64,000 bases of DNA, taken from assembly GCA_045617045.1 (NCBI GenBank), contig JAZLHV010000046.1, forward strand, positions 2,325 to 66,324, in the 5' to 3' direction. The DNA is from Lachnospiraceae bacterium. Its GTDB lineage: Bacteria; Bacillota; Clostridia; Lachnospirales; Lachnospiraceae. Below the pieces are notes generated by a model that saw only the letters and a program-made list of their open reading frames with translations, did not search any database and had not been told where the DNA came from. Numbering within the stretch: the first letter of the stretch is position 1; every line of letters begins with the position of its first letter. Positions 20,178 through 29,319 of the stretch are shown piece after piece. The position numbers were made by a program, and so were the translations under genes.

Positions 20178-20471
20178 ATGGCAGATAAAAGACACATACG
20201 AGACCTTGTGCATCTTATCTTGATACAGAACACGAAGGCACGAAATAGTGACCGCTTTTTATATTGCGAAGTGGTTAAGAGACTTAATCCCGAATTGGCA
20301 CATAAGCCTTTTACCGAAGCAATGATGAACGCAAACATACCCAATATGGAAACTGTGAGACGTTCCAGAGCGTTACTACAAGCGAAGTTCGAACACTTAA
20401 GACCTTCTTCCGATGTTGAAGCAATGCGGTCACTTCAAGAAGAAGAGTACAGGCATTTCGTGAAGGATTAG
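20178..20471 (+). CDS. Phage hypothetical protein
   Basis: 97-aa ORF with RBS. Confidence 0.7.
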   Translation: MADKRHIRDLVHLILIQNTKARNSDRFLYCEVVKRLNPELAHKPFTEAMMNANIPNMETVRRSRALLQAKFEHLRPSSDVEAMRSLQEEEYRHFVKD

Positions 20472-20473
20472 CA

Positions 20474-21004
20474 ATGGCAGAACGGAGAATGTTTACGAAG
20501 AAGATTACCGAGTCTGATGCTTTCCTTGAAATGCCAATGTCAACGCAATGCCTGTACTTTCACTTAAATATGTACGCAGATGATGACGGATTTGTCAATG
20601 CTCCAAAAAAGGTTATGCGATTGGTTGGGGCAAACGAAGACGATTATAAATTACTGATTGCTAAATCGTTCATCATTACTTTTGAGTCCGGCGTAATCGT
20701 TATTAAGCATTGGAAAATGCACAATTATATCCAATCCGATAGGTACAAACCTACCGATTACGAAGCAGAGAGAAAGATGCTTTTTTTGAAGCAAAACAAG
20801 GCATATACGCTTGATGAAAGTAAGGCGCAAAAACCTATGTATACAAAATGTATACAAAACGTATCCATAGGTAAGGATAGGATAGGTAAGGATAGTATAG
20901 GTAATAATAATACGCACAAGAACAAATTCAATAACTTTGAAAACAAGCAAAATTATGATTTCGAAGAAATAGAAAGAAAGTTGGTGGAGAATGAAAAAAA
21001 GTAA
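20474..21004 (+). CDS. Phage replisome organiser / replication initiator
   Basis: MAERRMFTKKITESDAFLEMPMSTQCLYFHL, DDDGF, VIVIKHWKMHN. Confidence 0.9.
   Translation: MAERRMFTKKITESDAFLEMPMSTQCLYFHLNMYADDDGFVNAPKKVMRLVGANEDDYKLLIAKSFIITFESGVIVIKHWKMHNYIQSDRYKPTDYEAERKMLFLKQNKAYTLDESKAQKPMYTKCIQNVSIGKDRIGKDSIGNNNTHKNKFNNFENKQNYDFEEIERKLVENEKK
20837..20904 (+). repeat. Putative origin iterons inside the initiator gene
   Basis: atgtatacaaa x2 plus a degenerate copy; ataggtaaggatag x2 plus a partial copy; followed by AT-rich DNA. Confidence 0.7.
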
Positions 21005-21293
21005 TTACATACCACGTAAGAATAATTCGTATTTCATCGAACAGAGCAAGAGACTTAAGCAGCTTGAACGAAATCTTGAATACGAGACCAAGAACAACGT
21101 AGCAGAACTGTACGCCTGTATCTGCAAAGTGCTTATGGAAAACCACAATTTTACCGCAGATGAAGTGGCAGACTTGTTTAACGAGACCACACAAGTTTGG
21201 GAAGCGTTGGTAGAAAATGACACCATCAAAAATATGGTTGATTGGTGCGAGAAGACCACAGGAGTTGAATTAAGGGGTACAGACAATGTATGA
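20991..21293 (+). CDS. Phage hypothetical protein
   Basis: 100-aa ORF in the early operon. Confidence 0.7.
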   Translation: MKKSNYIPRKNNSYFIEQSKRLKQLERNLEYETKNNVAELYACICKVLMENHNFTADEVADLFNETTQVWEALVENDTIKNMVDWCEKTTGVELRGTDNV

Positions 21294-21780
21294 GCAATTA
21301 AGCATCTTTGACTTATACCCTACAAACACAGAAAAAGGCTCATATCCACCTATTATTGATGCACTTGATAAAGAATTACGCAAAATGTTTAAAACCGCTA
21401 AAAACGGCAAATACGAAGTGTGGCAACACGTTAAGCATTTTGGTAAACGATACACCCTTTACGTTGATGCAAACGATTGGGATTTAACAGACATCATCAA
21501 ACGTTACAAAGCGTATCAATTAGAAGTTAGCGTATGCGCTTTTCCTTCGATGACACATCCGGGTATGCAAAATCTAATGATATCGACAATGTGGCTAACC
21601 AAGGGGTATCAAGAGAACACATCGGAGATTAATTCAAAAATCTGTACTTTTTCTATGCACGAGTGCAACAAGGTTGAATTGTGGAAGGTTGCCGAAAGTT
21701 TGGATGATATCAATTGTCCACACTCGTGTTGTCGAATGTGTGATAACAGGTTGTGCGGAGCAAGATGTAATGGAGCGTAA
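21286..21780 (+). CDS. Phage hypothetical protein (N-terminal QLSIF, C-terminal Cys cluster)
   Basis: MYEQLSIFDL ... CPHSCCRMCDNRLCGARC. Confidence 0.7.
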   Translation: MYEQLSIFDLYPTNTEKGSYPPIIDALDKELRKMFKTAKNGKYEVWQHVKHFGKRYTLYVDANDWDLTDIIKRYKAYQLEVSVCAFPSMTHPGMQNLMISTMWLTKGYQENTSEINSKICTFSMHECNKVELWKVAESLDDINCPHSCCRMCDNRLCGARCNGA

Positions 21781-21783
21781 ATA

Positions 21784-21948
21784 ATGAAAGAAAAAAGCGT
21801 TACAAAGACCATTGAAGAAGTAAAAGAAGAAATCTGCGACAAGTATTGCAAGTTCATTGCCGAGTTTAACAAAGGGGAAAAGACAGATGCCGAGTTTTTG
21901 ACATTTTTGGAAGAACATTGCGAAGTCTGTCCGTTAAACAAACTATGA
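21784..21948 (+). CDS. 54-aa Cys-containing phage protein
   Basis: MKEKSVTKTIEEVKEEICDKYCKF...HCEVCPLNKL, read manually. Confidence 0.65.
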   Translation: MKEKSVTKTIEEVKEEICDKYCKFIAEFNKGEKTDAEFLTFLEEHCEVCPLNKL

Positions 21949-22613
21949 AGACACTTGAAGGACAGATAGGTTTATTTGATTTTCAACCCGATCTAAAAAC
22001 ACAACCGCAGATTAGTAAGCAAGAACAAGCAAGACAGGAAAAGAAAGACAAGGCTTTGTTCCAAGAGCAGAAACAAGATGCTTGGGATAGGACACACCCA
22101 CAGAACATAGAGCCAAACGGCATACTACCTTGTGAGAATTGCGGTGGTATTCCAAGAATTGAGCAATTTTCAGTATCCGATGCGAGATTTTCTGTTGTCT
22201 GCGAATGTGGTGTTGAGTCAGTTAGGAATCCGGGAAGTTGGCTTGACCTGTCAAACACAAGGCAAGAAGCAATAGACCATTGGAACAAAGGATACCGCAG
22301 AATGAATCCACTACAAGACGGAACAAAGCGCACACACGATGAAATGTTTAAGTGGGATTTCGACACGTACAGAAGTTGTCCGCAGATGCTTTCAATGTTT
22401 AAACGAGTGCTTAACAAGGCAACACAGAAAGTGTGCGAGTGCTACTACCAAATAGAGCAACCAAGAGTGTGGATGCCGAAACCTTGCATACAGGTAAATG
22501 AAAAGAGAAACGGATACATCTCTGTACATCAGTATCAAACCATAGCTGCGCTTGTTGAAGAGTGGGATTTTCCAGAATTGGAACAATGGGCGAGAGAACA
22601 TTACGAAGGGTAG
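21945..22613 (+). CDS. Protein with a Lar-like (restriction alleviation) zinc-finger domain
   Basis: LPCENCGG...VVCECG...QEAIDHWN matches the Lar_restr_allev pattern. Confidence 0.6.
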   Translation: MKTLEGQIGLFDFQPDLKTQPQISKQEQARQEKKDKALFQEQKQDAWDRTHPQNIEPNGILPCENCGGIPRIEQFSVSDARFSVVCECGVESVRNPGSWLDLSNTRQEAIDHWNKGYRRMNPLQDGTKRTHDEMFKWDFDTYRSCPQMLSMFKRVLNKATQKVCECYYQIEQPRVWMPKPCIQVNEKRNGYISVHQYQTIAALVEEWDFPELEQWAREHYEG

Positions 22614-22619
22614 GAAATA

Positions 22620-23332
22620 ATGAAGATAAGAAAAGTACATTGCTTATTCGAGCAAAGCGGAACGTTTAAAAACGAGTTTATCAAATTGGGAGTTCCGGCA
22701 GAAGATTACGATATCCAAAACGAGTTTGGACAGACCGACCACATCATTGACTTGTTTACAGAAATTCGGGGGGGGGGTATGACGGAAAGCCTTCTATATT
22801 CGATGAAATGACACAGGATGATTTGATTATGGCGTTCTTCCCTTGCATACGATTTGAAAATCAAATAAACATTTCGCTTCGTGGACAAGCACACGGAATG
22901 GAGAATTGGACAGACAAGCAGAAAGTAGAAAACTGTATGCGGATACAAAACGAAGTGAACGAATTTTATCAATTGGTTAGCAAATTGTTTCTTCTCTGCG
23001 AAGAAAAAGGGTTGCGAATGATTTTAGAAAATCCTTATAGCAAGGAGCATTACTTACAACGTTATTGGTGCATACAACCAAGCATCATAGATATGGACAG
23101 AACGGAGCGCGGGGATTACTTCGTTAAGCCTACACAATTTTGGTTTTTCAATTGCGCTCCAGAGCAGAACGTTATTTTCGAGGTAATTTCCATTAACGCC
23201 CTTGGCGTTGGCGAAGACAGATTGAGTAAAGCACATTGCAACAAAATTGGCAAAGACGTTTCGATTAAGACCGCCCGATCAATGATACATCCACACTATG
23301 CTAACAGATTTATTAGGGAGTTTATTTTATGA
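22620..23332 (+). pseudogene. DNA cytosine-C5 methyltransferase-like gene split by a frameshift at G10 (22768-22777)
   Basis: CLFEQSG (motif I-like) upstream; FFPC (catalytic PC), ENP and KPTQFW downstream; YDGKPSIFDEMTQ continues in the shifted frame; G8 or G11 would fuse the halves. Confidence 0.75.
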
Positions 23333-23821
23333 AGGACTTAATTATTAAGCCTATATCACTAAAAGATGCAAACGCTTATGTAGAAGAAAACCATAGACAC
23401 CACAGGAAGACACAAGGACACAAATTTAGCATTGGCGTTTTTTCGGGGGGGGGTGCTACGTGGCGTTGCGATAGTTGGAAGACCATTATCAAGACATCTT
23501 GACGATGGAGAAACATTAGAAGTCTTGCGGTTATGCACAGACGGAACATACAACGCTTGCTCCATCCTATATGGCAGATGCGCAAAGATTTCAAAGGATA
23601 TGGGTTATCACAAAATCATTACTTACATTTTGGAAGAAGAACAGGGAACATCCCTTAAAGCAAGTGGGTGGACTCTTGAAGAAGAAAACGTAGGTGGTGG
23701 AAGTTGGGAAAATTGCTCACGCAGAGAAGATGACAGAACGTATCAGCAAATGACACTATTTTCCGAGCGTGAGAAGTACCCAATCGGTAAAAAGAAAAGG
23801 TATTCACGAATTTTAGATTAA
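23329..23821 (+). pseudogene. XF1762-family (GNAT/Mom-like) gene split by a frameshift at G9 (23445-23453)
   Basis: KPISLKDANAYVEENHRHH...GHKFSIGVF, then VLRGVAIVGRP...LEVLRLCTDGTYNACSILYG...ITY.L..E.GTSLKASGW in the +1 frame; G8 restores the frame. Confidence 0.75.
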
Positions 23822-23830
23822 GGAGAGTAT

Positions 23831-24442
23831 ATGAAATTTTCAATTATAATCCCTGTTCACAATGCAGAGGACAGGATTACAAGAGCATTAGACATCATAG
23901 CATCGCAGACATTCAAGGATTACGAATTAATCTGCGTGTGTGATGCCTGTACAGACAGAAGCGCAAGTATATGTAGGGGGTACACAAAAAACGTGTACGA
24001 AGTCGATTTCGGCAATGATGGATTAACTCGCAGCTACGGACTCGACAGAGCGCAAGGCGAGTGGGTGATGTTCCACGATGATGACGATTTCATACTTGCA
24101 GACGATGTGTTGGAGAACTTAAACAAAGCACTTACAGATAATTTCGACATCCTGTGTTGCGGTTTCGTATGGAAGGGTTACGGAATAATGACACCCTTTT
24201 ATATGAACGATGAAAGCAAAGGTTTGTGGGTGAACGTCTGGAGCAAAGTATGGAGACGTTCTGCAATTGGAGACATTCGCTTTCCGAACGTACATAGCGT
24301 AAGTGATATGCATTTCAACAATGCGGTGATGTCACAGGAAGGCATAAGGATAGCAACGCTTAATTATCCATTTTATTACTACAACTATATGCGGAAGGGG
24401 AGCATCACAGAGATAGATGAGCGGAAGAAGATTAACAAGTGA
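23831..24442 (+). CDS. Glycosyltransferase family 2 (GT-A)
   Basis: FSIIIPVHN, LICVCDACTD, GEWVMFHDDDD (DxD), VWSKVWRR. Confidence 0.9.
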   Translation: MKFSIIIPVHNAEDRITRALDIIASQTFKDYELICVCDACTDRSASICRGYTKNVYEVDFGNDGLTRSYGLDRAQGEWVMFHDDDDFILADDVLENLNKALTDNFDILCCGFVWKGYGIMTPFYMNDESKGLWVNVWSKVWRRSAIGDIRFPNVHSVSDMHFNNAVMSQEGIRIATLNYPFYYYNYMRKGSITEIDERKKINK

Positions 24443-25052
24443 TGATAAGTCCAAAATCATTGAAATGTACAAAAGCGGTTACTCCCAACAAAATATAGCA
24501 GATAGTTTGGGTTGTGGGCGTGAAGCGGTATGCAGAGCGTTGAAGAACGCAAGAGAACAGGGATTGATAACCGAGCGTGATACTGTGAGTGGTGAGTACC
24601 GAAAGCACTTTACTATTGCATCCAAGTATGATGTGGAACTGATTAAGGCTTATAACCAAGGTCTCAATTATACCGAGATAGCAGAAATTACCGGGATGAG
24701 TAAAAGTGGCGTAGGAAAGCGTGTGCGCAAATTAATCCTTGATGGAAGACTTGTGCCACGAACAGAGACCGCACCCAAGCGAACAAGAGTGTATAAGCCG
24801 AGAGAGAAAAGCAAGAAGGCGTTAGGGTACAAATTGAATGAAACACCTGTTAAATGCACTCTTAATGTTTGCGCTACTTGTGTATATGGCTATGAGAGAC
24901 CCAACCAAACGCACAAGTGCCGATTTGCGCTTTGTACAGGAAGGTGCCGGAGTTTACTTACAAACCCACCTATGACCGCACAAAAGTGCCTTGTGTACGA
25001 GAAGATAACCAAAACAAACCCACGAAGGAAGGATATTGAAGATGGACTTTGA
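24417..25052 (+). CDS. Tandem-HTH protein with Cys-rich C-terminus (possible late regulator)
   Basis: GYSQQNIADSLGCGREAVCR and GLNYTEIAEITGMSKSGVGKR; CxxxxCxxC. Confidence 0.65.
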   Translation: MSGRRLTSDDKSKIIEMYKSGYSQQNIADSLGCGREAVCRALKNAREQGLITERDTVSGEYRKHFTIASKYDVELIKAYNQGLNYTEIAEITGMSKSGVGKRVRKLILDGRLVPRTETAPKRTRVYKPREKSKKALGYKLNETPVKCTLNVCATCVYGYERPNQTHKCRFALCTGRCRSLLTNPPMTAQKCLVYEKITKTNPRRKDIEDGL

Positions 25053-25221
25053 CGAGAAGAAAGCACTTGAAGAAGAACTTGAAATGGTAAGAGCGAAACG
25101 CTTCGACAATAATATGTGCGACCATTGGAGTGATTACAATTACAAAATTGATCGGGAGTGTTTTGCAAAGGAACAGGAACTTGAAGAACGCTTGGCGCAG
25201 CTGAAAAAGGAGCAGAAATGA
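25036..25221 (+). CDS. Phage hypothetical protein
   Basis: 61-aa ORF with overlapping start/stop. Confidence 0.6.
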   Translation: MKMDFDEKKALEEELEMVRAKRFDNNMCDHWSDYNYKIDRECFAKEQELEERLAQLKKEQK

Positions 25222-25418
25222 ACGAAAACAAATGTATCGGTTGCCCCAACTATCAACTTCTGCAAGACACGAATTGGCGTTATTGCAAGGGCAACAAATG
25301 TGAGGTTGAAATCCGAGCAGACGCAATACGGAAATTTGCGGAATACATGAATAATGTAGCACACATTGATGTTAGCGAATATCTGTATTGGTACGAAAAG
25401 GAGCAGACGAATGACTAA
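25218..25418 (+). CDS. Phage hypothetical protein (IRAD paralogue 1)
   Basis: EIRADAIRKFAEY. Confidence 0.65.
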   Translation: MNENKCIGCPNYQLLQDTNWRYCKGNKCEVEIRADAIRKFAEYMNNVAHIDVSEYLYWYEKEQTND

Positions 25419-25614
25419 TTTCCATTTTACAAAAAATCCTTTCTTCAGTGACGAGTTGCTCGATGCTTGTAATAAAGACCTCGCAGAATACGAAAATTCA
25501 ATCCGAGCAGACGAAAGACGGAAGTTTGCGGAGTGGTGTAAATCAAAAGGTTATAGTTGTTACGATTGGAGAATGTTAATTGAACAGTACGAAAAGGAGA
25601 GCAACAATGCTTAA
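25411..25614 (+). CDS. Phage hypothetical protein (IRAD paralogue 2)
   Basis: SIRADERRKFAEW. Confidence 0.65.
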   Translation: MTNFHFTKNPFFSDELLDACNKDLAEYENSIRADERRKFAEWCKSKGYSCYDWRMLIEQYEKESNNA

Positions 25615-25834
25615 TTGTAAAGAATGTGATTGCCAAAAAGAATGCAATGCAAGAAGCGAATATGAAGATATTATGCAGACTTGCACAGACTTTAGAGCAT
25701 TTGTGAATGGCATAAGAGCAGACGAAAGAGCAAAGACGATTGAGGAATTTGCTCAAAACCTTAAGTTAAAAACACATATGGAGAATAGATTAATCGACAT
25801 CCTTGCCGAGCAAATGAAAGGGGAGGACAAATGA
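25607..25834 (+). CDS. Phage hypothetical protein (IRAD paralogue 3)
   Basis: GIRADERAKTIEEFAQ. Confidence 0.65.
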   Translation: MLNCKECDCQKECNARSEYEDIMQTCTDFRAFVNGIRADERAKTIEEFAQNLKLKTHMENRLIDILAEQMKGEDK

Positions 25835-26031
25835 AAATTGAAACATTCCGAGTGCGACAGTATTCAAGCAAGAAAGTAACAGTAATTTGCGTTGACGGAA
25901 AGCCTTTTTGTACGGCAAGGGGAAATAATACCATTGCAAAAATCATCGGCAGACTTAACGGCTACAATACCGACCTTACAGACAAGGCACTTGAAAGTGA
26001 TATTGACAATTTTATCGGAATTAAGAAGTAG
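25831..26031 (+). CDS. Phage hypothetical protein
   Basis: 66-aa ORF, RBS gggagga. Confidence 0.65.
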   Translation: MKIETFRVRQYSSKKVTVICVDGKPFCTARGNNTIAKIIGRLNGYNTDLTDKALESDIDNFIGIKK

Positions 26032-26043
26032 AGGTGAAAGCAG

Positions 26044-26328
26044 ATGAATAAAATACCAAAGAAAATAGTCAAAATGATAGAAGAACGAAACCGACTTAAT
26101 GAAGAAATTGTTGAGTTTGTTAACGAAGAAATTGGAAATGACGTAGATTGGAACACCGACCACGCAGATATAGTAAGCGAAGATAATATTACGGGCAATG
26201 AACAAGGTGACGAGAATTGCCAAGAATGGTGCGACCAAACTATGTGGGGAGAAGATTGCGGTTGCGGATTCTACTATTGGGAAACTGAAGTAAAAGGGAA
26301 AATTTTAAGAATGGACTTTGGATTTTGA
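26044..26328 (+). CDS. Phage hypothetical protein (acidic)
   Basis: 94-aa ORF, RBS gaggtg. Confidence 0.7.
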   Translation: MNKIPKKIVKMIEERNRLNEEIVEFVNEEIGNDVDWNTDHADIVSEDNITGNEQGDENCQEWCDQTMWGEDCGCGFYYWETEVKGKILRMDFGF

Positions 26329-26330
26329 AA

Positions 26331-26632
26331 GGAGAACAAAAATGACAAATAGAGAGGCAGTTAACAGAATAATCGACCATATGGCTGTCCATAAAATGCG
26401 TGAGCCGAGAGCAATTAATATTTCAACCGCATTAAAAATGGCAATCGAGGCACTTGAAAAACAGATACCGAAGAAACCATTGAATGTTATGGAAAGCATA
26501 GAAGATTTGCGTTTCGATTGGACTTGTCCTACTTGCAAAAGACAATTTGTAAATGCACTTTATAGTGTAAATCATTGTGTCGATTGCGGACAAAAACTTG
26601 ATTGGGGGGAGAACAAAAATGACAAATAGAGA
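26331..26632 (+). repeat. 25-bp direct repeat bracketing one gene
   Basis: ggagaacaaaaatgacaaatagaga at 26331-26355 and 26608-26632 (RBS plus first codons). Confidence 0.85.
26342..26629 (+). CDS. Zinc-ribbon phage protein
   Basis: KQIPKKP...CPTC...CVDCGQKLDW. Confidence 0.75.
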   Translation: MTNREAVNRIIDHMAVHKMREPRAINISTALKMAIEALEKQIPKKPLNVMESIEDLRFDWTCPTCKRQFVNALYSVNHCVDCGQKLDWGENKNDK

Positions 26633-27014
26633 ATTTTACGCAGAACAGATTTTGGATATTGCGTGTCAACGTCGTTTATTTGGGGTGGACAAAAAGACGA
26701 ATAACCCTTATGCATGTAGAGCAATGGTGTGTGGAGATTGCACATTCTACGGTAAGCCGGATTGTGCGAAACAGTTTACCGAGTGGTGCAATTCAGAATA
26801 TATCGAGCCTTGTCCTTTTGAAAAAGACGAGTTGGTCGAGGTTTCAGATGACGGAAAAGAATGGCACTTGAGGTTTTTTTCGCACATTGAAAATGGCGTG
26901 TACCATACTGTTTTTGCTTTTCACAAAAGTAATGAAACACCACGCACAACAAAGTGGGGTTTCTGTCAAAAGTACGGAACATTAGGTGGGTTGGTTAAGG
27001 AGAGTGAAGAATGA
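26619..27014 (+). CDS. Phage hypothetical protein
   Basis: MTNREFYAEQILDIAC...VEVSDDGKEWHLRFF. Confidence 0.7.
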   Translation: MTNREFYAEQILDIACQRRLFGVDKKTNNPYACRAMVCGDCTFYGKPDCAKQFTEWCNSEYIEPCPFEKDELVEVSDDGKEWHLRFFSHIENGVYHTVFAFHKSNETPRTTKWGFCQKYGTLGGLVKESEE

Positions 27015-27295
27015 ACATTAGCAAAGACCTAATCATTACAGACCTACATTGCGAAGATTGTGCAAACTTTGAAGTGTGCCAATACTACACTTGCGATAAA
27101 ACAAAGTCCAAAGACCATATCTGCGGTAATTTCAGTTTGTACATTGAGAGTCTACGCAAGGAAATTAGTGATTTGCCTTACGATTACAACACAGGATTTC
27201 GCAAAGGATTCGCTAAAGGAGTTATGGCAAGCATTGGCACTATCGAGGAAAAGTACAAAGACGAATTGAGGTGGAATGAAAATGAAGATACCTAA
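27011..27295 (+). CDS. Phage hypothetical protein
   Basis: 94-aa Cys-containing ORF. Confidence 0.65.
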   Translation: MNISKDLIITDLHCEDCANFEVCQYYTCDKTKSKDHICGNFSLYIESLRKEISDLPYDYNTGFRKGFAKGVMASIGTIEEKYKDELRWNENEDT

Positions 27296-27458
27296 TTACA
27301 GAATGTGGCATATCAACAACAGAATTGATGTTAGGTACGATTTGTACACTTGGGCGTTGCCGATTCACATAAGGCACGATATGAATTTCTGTTTGGGTTT
27401 AAAGGAGACAATTATCGGTTTCCTGTGTTTTGAAATACGAATTATGCAAAGGAGATAA
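27276..27458 (+). CDS. Phage hypothetical protein
   Basis: ~60-aa ORF. Confidence 0.5.
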   Translation: MKMKIPNYRMWHINNRIDVRYDLYTWALPIHIRHDMNFCLGLKETIIGFLCFEIRIMQRR

Positions 27459-27555
27459 AAAGTGAGAATTTTAGCTGCGCTTGGAATTGTTTTTATAACT
27501 AACATTGTCGGTCTCGTAGGAGCATACATCACAGAAAAAATAAGGGAGAAAAGAT

Positions 27556-27808
27556 ATGACAAACAAAGATTACAGAGAATGGATTAAAGAACGTGACGAA
27601 GCGGTTAGGTCTTTAGATGTTGATACATTTACGAAATTCTATACCAAGTGGCAAGAGAAGGGCATATATCAGTTGCCCCTTGCCCGATCGTAAAGTCACA
27701 GAAATGGCAATGTACAAAATGGCGTTTAATATCCCGGAGATGCCTACCGCAATCAAGATTAAGGCTCTTAATTGGTTGAAGAACAGGGGGTACGATGCGC
27801 TGATATGA
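27556..27808 (+). pseudogene. Small phage gene with an apparent +1 frameshift at C4 (27676-27679)
   Basis: MTNKDYREWIKERDEAVRSLDV...GIYQLP stops at 27693; PLPDRKVTEMAMYKMA...WLKNRGY continues in the adjacent frame; removing one C fuses them. Confidence 0.55.
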
Positions 27809-27978
27809 AAAAGGAATGTCCGATATGCCACAAGTTAGTTGATGAAAAATTTATGGTATGGCTTAACTTCTGTAATTATTGCCCTACCTGTTACGAAATT
27901 AAGAGATTGGAGACATTTAACGATGATAAGCAAAAGGCAAGCGAAGAGACTCTTAAAGGCAACAAGAGTACTCCGTAG
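27805..27978 (+). CDS. Small zinc-finger protein
   Basis: CPIC...CNYCPTC. Confidence 0.55.
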   Translation: MKKECPICHKLVDEKFMVWLNFCNYCPTCYEIKRLETFNDDKQKASEETLKGNKSTP

Positions 27979-28105
27979 CAAATTAGACCACGAGACAGAT
28001 ATAAACGAGCGTGTGCGCCTATTTTGGCGCATACAGGGTATGTTTGATGCATACACGATTATGCAGAGCAAGAAAGACTTGTACATTGAAGGAGAAAAGG
28101 TATGA
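27923..28105 (+). CDS. Phage hypothetical protein
   Basis: MISKRQAKRLLKATR..., coupled to the downstream GT start. Confidence 0.55.
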   Translation: MISKRQAKRLLKATRVLRSKLDHETDINERVRLFWRIQGMFDAYTIMQSKKDLYIEGEKV

Positions 28106-28980
28106 TTAACATTATTTGCCCACCACTTACCGCAACAGGTGGCACAGAAGCGTTACACCAATTGTGCGCAGAACTTATTAAGCAAGGCAGAAAAGCACAG
28201 ATAGTTTATTCCTATGAGTGCGAAAAGCCTTGCCCTGTAACCTTCGAAAGTTACAATTGCCCTTACTCTTTTACCGCAGACGATATCGAAGAAAATGCGT
28301 TTGTGGTGCCGGAGATATTCTGCGATGCGGTAAAGAGCGTTAAGAACGCAAAGAAGTATATTTGGTGGCTATCAGTAATCAATGCTCGCTTTTCGGAAGA
28401 TACGCTTAAGGATGAAAGCATCATACATCTTTATCAAAGCGAGTTTGCGAGACAGTTCCTTATCAACAAAGGAATTGCAAAGAACAAAATGTATGCCGTA
28501 TCGGATTACATTAACCCTATCTTTCTTGAAAATGTTGGAAACCCTTATACAAGAGACAACGTGGTATTGTTTAATTCTGCAAAGGGTATCGAAGCAATAC
28601 AGTATATGATATCCAAAGCAGACTCACGCATTAAATTCCAAGCGGTTAAGGGATTGCAACCAAGAGAAATACGAGACTTAATGTTGCAGAGCAAAGTGTA
28701 TGTTGACTTCGGGCATTGTCCGGGCAAAGACAGGATGCCAAGAGAAGCACTTGCAAGTGGGTTATGCGTAATTACATCTCGCATAGGTGGGTTTGATAAT
28801 AACGTGGATATACCAATACCCAACAAATACAAGACCAACAATCTAACTGATGCGCTCAATATGGTATATGACCTTATGGAGAACTATTACGAGAAGCGGT
28901 TGGAGTTCTTCGAAGCAAAAGAGAAAATCTTCGCAGAACAGGAAAACTTTGCACTTGAAGTAAGTAAGGCTTTTCCTTAA
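28102..28980 (+). CDS. GT-B fold glycosyltransferase (GT4-like)
   Basis: TGGTEALHQL...G, FVVPE, VYVDFGHCPGKDRMPREALASGLCVITS. Confidence 0.8.
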   Translation: MINIICPPLTATGGTEALHQLCAELIKQGRKAQIVYSYECEKPCPVTFESYNCPYSFTADDIEENAFVVPEIFCDAVKSVKNAKKYIWWLSVINARFSEDTLKDESIIHLYQSEFARQFLINKGIAKNKMYAVSDYINPIFLENVGNPYTRDNVVLFNSAKGIEAIQYMISKADSRIKFQAVKGLQPREIRDLMLQSKVYVDFGHCPGKDRMPREALASGLCVITSRIGGFDNNVDIPIPNKYKTNNLTDALNMVYDLMENYYEKRLEFFEAKEKIFAEQENFALEVSKAFP

Positions 28981-29009
28981 ACTGAAAGAAACGAAGGGAG
29001 AGCAAACAA

Positions 29010-29204
29010 ATGACAAACAGAGAATATGTTAACAGTTTATCCGATAAAGAATTTGCCGAGTGGGTGCGTACAGATTTGGGCGTGTATGATGATGCATACT
29101 GTGAGAAATGCCCAAAGAAAGCAACCTGTACCCAATGCGACCAATTAGACATTGACTCGCTTACGTGGTGGTTAGGACAGGAATTTGCTCCAAAAACTAA
29201 TTAA
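29010..29204 (+). CDS. Phage hypothetical protein
   Basis: MTNREYVNSLSDKEFAEW...CEKC...WLGQE. Confidence 0.65.
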   Translation: MTNREYVNSLSDKEFAEWVRTDLGVYDDAYCEKCPKKATCTQCDQLDIDSLTWWLGQEFAPKTN

Positions 29205-29265
29205 TGGTAAAATATATACATAATATTGTACGCTTTCACGATCGGGCGAAAGTAAGGACTAATGG

Positions 29266-29297
29266 GAGTCGGTGATTGATATCATCGGCTCTTTTTT
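29266..29297 (+). terminator. Intrinsic terminator at the early/late boundary
   Basis: gagtcggtga/tcatcggctc stem plus T6. Confidence 0.75.
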
Positions 29298-29319
29298 GTT
29301 TACAGGGAAAGGAAAACAA

